A DNA stretch of 64,000 nt. Origin: Pontiella sp. Lineage in GTDB: Bacteria > Verrucomicrobiota > Kiritimatiellia > Kiritimatiellales > Pontiellaceae. Numbering within the stretch: position 1 is the first letter of the stretch; every line of letters starts with the position of its first letter. Under the pieces are notes generated by a model. It was not told where the DNA came from, did no database searches, and worked only from the letters and a program-made list of their open reading frames with translations. The stretch lies in NCBI GenBank assembly GCA_050290185.1, contig JBNKHE010000007.1, forward strand, positions 1-64,000, written 5' to 3'. Both the position numbers and the translations under genes were made by a program. This document shows, piece after piece, positions 58,266-64,000 of the stretch.

Positions 58266-59024
58266 TTATTTCTTTTTGTCTTTTACAAAGACGGATTGGG
58301 AAGAACCGTTTCGACGACGATCGATATCAAACAATCCGGTCGCCTCAAAGAGGAGCGTAAACGTACGGTATCCATAGCTGCGGGGGTCGAAATCGGGATA
58401 TTGACGTTTAATCAAGCTGCCGCAGGCCGACAACAGTGCCCATCCATCTTCATCCGCATACTCATCGACGGCATTCCTAAGGGTCTTAACCAGTTTGGTG
58501 TCCTGACAGAGTTCGCGTTTGGATTTTCTTGATGTGTTCTTTGGCACATCTTTTTCGCTTTCGGGTTTTTCTTCGTCAGTTGCCTGAAGCACTTCGGTCA
58601 GGATAAAATCATCGCAGGCATTGCGGAATGCAACCGGCGTTTTACCTTCGCCAACTCCGAAAACATAAATCTGGGATTCTTTTAATCGGGAAGCCAGCTT
58701 GGTGAAATCGCTATCGCTCGTTACGAGTGCGAAAGCATCGAACTGGTCGGAGTAGAGCAGATCCATGGCGTCAATAATCATGGCGGCATCGGAGGAGTTC
58801 TTGCCCTGGGTATAGGAAAACTGCTGAACCGGGTTTATCGCCAGTTCGTTTAGCGGTTGTTTCCAGTTTTTCAGATGGTTGCTGCTCCAGTCGCCGTAGG
58901 CTTTTTTTACGATGATATGGCCGTGCTTGGACAGTTCGTTCAAGACGGCACCCATTACGCTGTGCTGAGCATTTTCGGCATCGATTAAAACGGCGATTTT
59001 TTTTGCGGCATCAATATCTTTCAT
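58266..59024 (-). CDS. NYN (LabA/DUF88, PIN-like) domain protein with C-terminal OST-HTH/LOTUS
   Basis: IAVLIDAEN, AYGDW, GKNSSD..MIIDAMD, LVTSDSDF, ACDDF; C-terminal DEDGWA.L...PDFDPRSYG. Confidence 0.92.
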   Translation of the reverse strand: MKDIDAAKKIAVLIDAENAQHSVMGAVLNELSKHGHIIVKKAYGDWSSNHLKNWKQPLNELAINPVQQFSYTQGKNSSDAAMIIDAMDLLYSDQFDAFALVTSDSDFTKLASRLKESQIYVFGVGEGKTPVAFRNACDDFILTEVLQATDEEKPESEKDVPKNTSRKSKRELCQDTKLVKTLRNAVDEYADEDGWALLSACGSLIKRQYPDFDPRSYGYRTFTLLFEATGLFDIDRRRNGSSQSVFVKDKKK

Positions 59025-59149
59025 TTCTGGCCTGGCCTTTCGTTGATTCGTCAGAAGCATACCGTCAGTTTCCCAATTTCGCAAGTGCGGTGGATTGCAA
59101 GTCGTTCGTGAAAATGCGATAACGCACACGTAGGAAGGAAGGTTTTAGC

Positions 59150-60232
59150 ATGGCGAAAGAATTATTTATTCAGTGGGGCTTCCCTCAACAGGAAACATTT
59201 CTGATGGCGGGGCCGTGCAGTGCGGAAAGCGAAGAACAGGTTTTGACGATTGCCCGTGCGCTTGCGGGACAGGGGGTGGGCGTTATGCGTGCCGGTCTGT
59301 GGAAGCCCAGAACACGGCCCGGCAGTTTTGAAGGGGTTGGTTTGAAGGGGTTGGCCTGGCTGGATCGTGCACGTGCTGAAACTGGGTTGAAGGTCGGCAC
59401 CGAAGTTGCGGAACCTTCCCACGTTGAAGCCTGTCTGGAATATGGTTTGGATATGCTGTGGATCGGTGCGCGAACCACAACCAATCCCTTTTCCGTGCAA
59501 TCGATTGCCGATGCCTTGCGCGGAACGGATGTGCCGGTGCTGGTTAAGAATCCGATGAGCGAGGATGTCGGTTTGTGGATAGGGGCTTTGGAGCGCCTGG
59601 CCAATGCGGGGCTTTCAAAGCTGGGTGCAATTCATCGGGGTGTGGGATCTTCATTGGAGATGCGCTACCGCAATTCGCCTGCATGGAAAATGCCCATCGA
59701 GCTGATGCGGAGAATGCCGGAGCTTCCGGTGTTGTGTGATCCCAGCCATATTTGCGGCAGAGCCGACCTGATTGCGACGATTGCCCAGGAAGCCATGGAT
59801 CTTCTTTTTGATGGATTGATGGTGGAGGTGCATTGCGATCCACCGCATGCGTTGTCCGATGCAGCTCAGCAACTCACCCCTGATGAATTTATACGAATGG
59901 TTGCTGGGCTGAATCTGCCCCATGCGGCGGGAGGTCGACCGGAATTCATGAAACTCATGAGTGAATTGCGCGAAAAAGTTGACGGTCTCGATAGTCATCT
60001 CTTGGAGGTCTTGCGCCAGCGCATGGATATCGTGAAGGAAATGGGAAGGTTGAAGTCGAATGAGAATATATCCACACTTCAGCCTGAAAGGTGGCAGACG
60101 ATTCTTAATGACCGTATAGATAAAGGGAATCGCATGGGGTTTGAGGATGGCTTTGTAGAAAGCCTTATGCAACTTATTCATGCGGAGGCGATTCGCCAGC
60201 AGGAGGTCGGCAGGATCGGAACGGATATCTAG
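59150..60232 (+). CDS. Bifunctional DAHP synthase (type I-beta) / C-terminal chorismate mutase
   Basis: AGPCSAE, WKPRTRP, WIGART, VKNP, DPSH, MVEVH..P..A.SD; C-terminal AroQ LREKVDGLD...R...K. Confidence 0.92.
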   Translation: MAKELFIQWGFPQQETFLMAGPCSAESEEQVLTIARALAGQGVGVMRAGLWKPRTRPGSFEGVGLKGLAWLDRARAETGLKVGTEVAEPSHVEACLEYGLDMLWIGARTTTNPFSVQSIADALRGTDVPVLVKNPMSEDVGLWIGALERLANAGLSKLGAIHRGVGSSLEMRYRNSPAWKMPIELMRRMPELPVLCDPSHICGRADLIATIAQEAMDLLFDGLMVEVHCDPPHALSDAAQQLTPDEFIRMVAGLNLPHAAGGRPEFMKLMSELREKVDGLDSHLLEVLRQRMDIVKEMGRLKSNENISTLQPERWQTILNDRIDKGNRMGFEDGFVESLMQLIHAEAIRQQEVGRIGTDI

Positions 60233-60555
60233 ATAAGAATGAGTTTAGGTATGGTGTTGGGGGGGGGCAAAAAATGGAGTCTCAAACGACCTTGTTGGGT
60301 TTTTACAGCAATTGGAACTTTCATTACACGACCTGTCCTTATATAACTTGATTTTGAGAATAGCGTAGTTGTGGTTGAGATGCGATGGCAGGTTCTTCTG
60401 GATGGAGTAGGCCGTGTGTCGGAATCGGCGCAGAGGGCAAGGTTGCGACGAGGAATAAAGATTGACGCAGGTTGTGATTTCAGGCATCTCTGTAGCCAGA
60501 CTATCTAGATGTGCACTGGGGAGTATACTACACAGTTTTAGGGAACGAGTTGAAG

Positions 60556-63500
60556 ATGTTGACTAAAAAACTATGCCGATTTTCGGCAATTCGAACTTAC
60601 TTGTTGGTATTCGGTATTTTGCTGGGACTTTCTGCGGCCTGCCTAGCTCAGGAAAGCGATGAGCCAACTCCCCCGGAAATTCTTGCTCAGGCGATGCAGA
60701 TGCTGCGAACCGAGCAATACGATGAAGCTATCGATCTGCTCTATGTCTATCTGGATGCCGTAGAAAAATCCAAGATGAGACGCGTTTTGGAAATCGCCCA
60801 GGATACGCGTTATAAACTCGCCACCCTTCTTATTTCCAAGGACCGCAAAGGGGAAGCGATTGATGTATTGGAGACGTATGTTTCGTTGCAGCCGGCAAAG
60901 CACATCCGGAAAGCGCGAAAAATGTTGGTCGCGTGTTACTTTGATGAAGAGAAATACGCGGAGTGCCTGCCGGCCATTACCAATGCGCTCTACTACAACG
61001 AGCACCCAATTGTATACGAAGAGGAAAAGAAGAGCGCCTTTGATCGAGAGCGACAGGATGCTTTCCTGGATGAAGGTGAAAAGGAAGAACCTGATCTCCC
61101 GTATTCGGCGGACGAGCTTGAGATGCTCAATTTCACGATGGGCGAATGCTATTTTAATCTCGGCCAGATGGAGGCCTGTCTCGAACCCTTTACCTATGTA
61201 GTCGATCGCACGAAAAATGAGCAGCGGAAAGGCTACTCGATCATGCAGATGATCAATGCGTTGATCGAGATACAAGGCTTTGATCGAATCATAGACTGGG
61301 TTCCTGCCCTTTACAAAACTCCTGCCCGTTTTGATATCCGGGTAAATCTGGCGTTGCTGAGAGCGGCCGCGGCTCTGTTTGAAACGGGTGAGTATGACAG
61401 CGCGTTGCCTCTGTACCGCATGATTCTTCCGCGCGAAGAATTAATCGAGTATCAGGAAAAGAAAATCAAACAAATGCGTATAGACGCAGGGCTTCCACCT
61501 GAATTCGGGGAAGAGCTTACGTCTGATGAGGCGCTCTTGTTCGGCACAGCGGATGCAGAGCGTGAAATGGATGACTCTTCATCCGCTATGACACTGGCTG
61601 CAGGCGTGCGGCTTGTAGAGGATGATGAAAAACAAGAGAAGAAGATGGAGCAGCCGGCCGAGGTGCTTGAACTTCAAATGTTGCTCGAAACGCTCAAGGG
61701 CATGGCTCCGTACGAAGACTACGTTGATTTTCAGATGGCCCAGCTTTACAAAAACGTCGACCGCTACTGGGAAGCCATTAAGTTCTACGATACGGTTTAC
61801 GCTGCGGAAGATGCCGGAGATATAGGCGAACGCTCCATATACGAGGCCGTCTCCGTTTTGATCAACAACCTTAGTCTACGCGAAGATGCGGAGAAACGGG
61901 CCTTCAGCTATCTGGAATCCCATCACACGGGAAGGTACCCCCGTTTGGTGGCTTATGTTCTTACCAGCTACTATCAGCGGAACAGGGCGTGGAAAGATGT
62001 AAAAAACATTCGCCCGTATATTGAACAAATTGAACGAACAAATGATGTTCTGCTGGTTAAGTACGATACGGAATTGTACTTCATGCAGGGGGTGGCTGAC
62101 TTGATGCTTCAGCATTACTCCAATGCGGTCGAACGCTTCCAGTATGTCATGGATGAATTTCCAGATACGGATCAGGAAGCCAATAGCCTGTTCTGGTGTG
62201 GATTCTCCTACCTCTGTCTCGATCAACACGAAAAAGCCTACGACTGTTTCGAGCGCTATACCCGCGATTTCGCGAACCTTGACCCGGATAAATCGATGCT
62301 GGACGAAGCCTATTACCAAGGCGGCATCTGCCTTTTCGGTCTGGATCGGCTGGATGAAGCCAAGGATAGGTTCTCCTACGTCATCGATACCTATGGGACG
62401 AATTCCACGGTATATCCCGATTCCTGCAATATGCGCGGGGATATTCTGGGATCGTTGGGTGGGACCAATCTGGACTTGGCCATCCAGGACTATAAAAATT
62501 CTTTCGCCAATGCAACCAAGGCCACCCAGGCCACATACGCCACGTTCAAGATGTGTGACATCTTCAAGGCGGATGAACACTATTATGGTTTGGACTACGT
62601 ACTGGAGGCCGTAAACCTTTATCTAGCGAAATGGGGGGACAGAGGGGCGGATATTGCCAAGGCCCTGTTCTGGCTAGGTCGTGCCGAGATTCAGCGAGGC
62701 AGGTACGAAGCCGCTGCGGAAAGCTATATGCAGGCCGTAATTGATTATGGCGGTGACCTGCGGCAGGACGGGGTTGATATGATGATTCCCGAACTGGTTA
62801 AGATCTGTACCGTATTCCTCAGTGAAGATCAGGCAGAAGTGATTAAAGAGCGGTTGCGTATCGCCATGGAATCCACCGATAATCAAGTGTTAAAACTCCG
62901 TCTGCGCGTCACGCTTGCCAAATTCGATGACAGCGTGGTTGAACTGGGCAAAAAACTACTCAAGGAGTTGCCAGATCTAAATAATGCATCACCGCCGGTA
63001 TTGTCCGCTATTTGCGAAGCTTCATTTGAATTGAATGACTATTCCCGGTCTGCCGAACTACTCCGTACGTTTAAATACAAGTTTGAAGATTCGGACTACA
63101 TGCGCTCCGCCTACAAATTACGCGCTTCCGGACAAATCATCAATGGTGACCTTGATGGGGCGCTGGAAACAGTGATCGCTGCACAAGAAGAGTACGGCAC
63201 CGACCGTACGGTATCGTGGGCGCAGTTGATGAAGGCGCAAACCCTGCTTTCTCAATCCCAGTTGTTTAGTAGCGATGATCCGCTGACGCAGGACAAGCTT
63301 AAGGAGGCGGCCAAATTGCAGTTGCAGATGCAGCAGGGCAAGCTTCTGGCCATCAATGAGCAACTGACTCAGCTCCAGAACAAATCCGAGAAGATGGATG
63401 ATTCGCGATTGCTGGCTGAGAAGGGCGAGCTTGATGAGAAAATCTCCAATCTACAGCGTGCTGTGGAAGGCAAGAGTGGGGAGACGAACGTCAGAGCGTT

Positions 63501-64000
63501 GCTGGCGCGCTGCACGCTTGATGAGGCCCGCGAGGAGAACAAGAATGTCATGAGTGTTCCAGAGTGGCGAGGCGAACCTTTTGCCCAGGCGACTTATCAG
63601 TTGGGTGAGGTCGAGGAAGAGGCTGGAAATCTTCTCGAGGCACACGGCTACTACCAGCGGGCGTATTTCCAGTATAAGGGGCTTGGCGAATGGTGTGCGA
63701 AGGGCTACCTCGCGGCAGCCAACGTCTTGAAGAAACTGTCCGAAGATCCGAGTCTGGATTCAGAGCAAAGAAGCGAATATGAAGACGCCAGAATCAGCAC
63801 CCTTAAAGCAATGTTGCTCGACGAGTATGCAAATGAAAGCCCGCAGGCACAGGAGGCTCGTGATATCCTGGGTCCGACTGTAGTTGCAGGTATAGAGACG
63901 CTTATTGCTTCGGGGGTGGAAACCAATATTGAAGTGATTGTAGAAAGCAAGAAGGCGGACCCCGATAAAGTCGAGCCGTCGGATAAAAACACCAATTCGG
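60556..64000 (+). CDS. Large secreted tetratricopeptide-repeat protein; runs off the 3' end of the window (not in the ORF track)
   Basis: ATG 60556 with signal peptide MLTKKLCRFSAIRTYLLVFGILLGLSAACLAQ. The frame appears open to 64000 (spot-checked, and no stop-terminated ORF in this frame is listed). Repeated TPR-like helices (EANSLFWCG, DEAYYQGG, AKALFWLG, ATYQLG). Confidence 0.85.
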   Translation, partial: MLTKKLCRFSAIRTYLLVFGILLGLSAACLAQESDEPTPPEILAQAMQMLRTEQYDEAIDLLYVYLDAVEKSKMRRVLEIAQDTRYKLATLLISKDRKGEAIDVLETYVSLQPAKHIRKARKMLVACYFDEEKYAECLPAITNALYYNEHPIVYEEEKKSAFDRERQDAFLDEGEKEEPDLPYSADELEMLNFTMGECYFNLGQMEACLEPFTYVVDRTKNEQRKGYSIMQMINALIEIQGFDRIIDWVPALYKTPARFDIRVNLALLRAAAALFETGEYDSALPLYRMILPREELIEYQEKKIKQMRIDAGLPPEFGEELTSDEALLFGTADAEREMDDSSSAMTLAAGVRLVEDDEKQEKKMEQPAEVLELQMLLETLKGMAPYEDYVDFQMAQLYKNVDRYWEAIKFYDTVYAAEDAGDIGERSIYEAVSVLINNLSLREDAEKRAFSYLESHHTGRYPRLVAYVLTSYYQRNRAWKDVKNIRPYIEQIERTNDVLLVKYDTELYFMQGVADLMLQHYSNAVERFQYVMDEFPDTDQEANSLFWCGFSYLCLDQHEKAYDCFERYTRDFANLDPDKSMLDEAYYQGGICLFGLDRLDEAKDRFSYVIDTYGTNSTVYPDSCNMRGDILGSLGGTNLDLAIQDYKNSFANATKATQATYATFKMCDIFKADEHYYGLDYVLEAVNLYLAKWGDRGADIAKALFWLGRAEIQRGRYEAAAESYMQAVIDYGGDLRQDGVDMMIPELVKICTVFLSEDQAEVIKERLRIAMESTDNQVLKLRLRVTLAKFDDSVVELGKKLLKELPDLNNASPPVLSAICEASFELNDYSRSAELLRTFKYKFEDSDYMRSAYKLRASGQIINGDLDGALETVIAAQEEYGTDRTVSWAQLMKAQTLLSQSQLFSSDDPLTQDKLKEAAKLQLQMQQGKLLAINEQLTQLQNKSEKMDDSRLLAEKGELDEKISNLQRAVEGKSGETNVRALLARCTLDEAREENKNVMSVPEWRGEPFAQATYQLGEVEEEAGNLLEAHGYYQRAYFQYKGLGEWCAKGYLAAANVLKKLSEDPSLDSEQRSEYEDARISTLKAMLLDEYANESPQAQEARDILGPTVVAGIETLIASGVETNIEVIVESKKADPDKVEPSDKNTNS

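Noticed and set aside
60259..60267. G9 homopolymer as a phase-variation tract
   Set aside because: It is intergenic, about 290 nt from the next start codon, and not evidently within a promoter.
1..64000. CRISPR array, rRNA, intact IS/transposase, riboswitch
   Set aside because: I found no regularly spaced repeats, rRNA-like tracts, transposase ORFs or recognisable riboswitch consensus by inspection; a covariance-model search was not possible.

Overview
This 64-kb window is a gene-dense bacterial chromosome segment with moderately high GC. The repertoire suggests a PVC-superphylum anaerobe such as Kiritimatiellota or a Pontiella-like lineage (PA14/SHD1-like anchored protein, large TPR protein, YDG/Ig-repeat surface protein, GH27, KdgK/Eda); this taxonomy is inference only. 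Most of the window is housekeeping: glnS, xth, two mscS paralogues, cspA, ribF-truB-rbfA, birA, oadGAB, dapF-folK-panBC-tRNA-Cys-gcvH-lipB, surE, rsmE, kdgK-eda and a DAHP synthase/chorismate mutase fusion. Three bioenergetic or signalling modules stand out. (1) At 11.1-24.1 kb, a GltD/DsrL-architecture NAD(P)H:flavin/Fe-S oxidoreductase heads a unit with CcoS, a Rieske protein, cytochrome b, a seven-heme cytochrome c, cbb3-type CcoN/CcoO, a heme-less CcoP-N-terminus-like peptide, CcoG, a DsbD_2 protein and CcoI. This is a candidate NAD(H)-linked complex III-IV supercomplex lacking canonical CcoP and is the most interesting system in the window. (2) A group 3d NAD-reducing [NiFe]-hydrogenase, hoxFUYH, with its maturation protease. 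(3) A stand-alone DRTGG / CBS-RsbT-like kinase / DRTGG / PHP four-gene module, usually found with [FeFe]-hydrogenase operons but orphaned here. Smaller signals include a chimeric pseudogene scar (paralogue N-terminus plus internally deleted AraC HTH), a histidine-kinase relic, a REP/MITE-like element, and heptamer/nonamer intergenic repeat arrays. I saw no CRISPR array, rRNA, transposase or integrase. Two small genes (ccoS and the CcoP-N-like peptide) and the 3'-open TPR gene are missing from the supplied ORF track and were read by hand.
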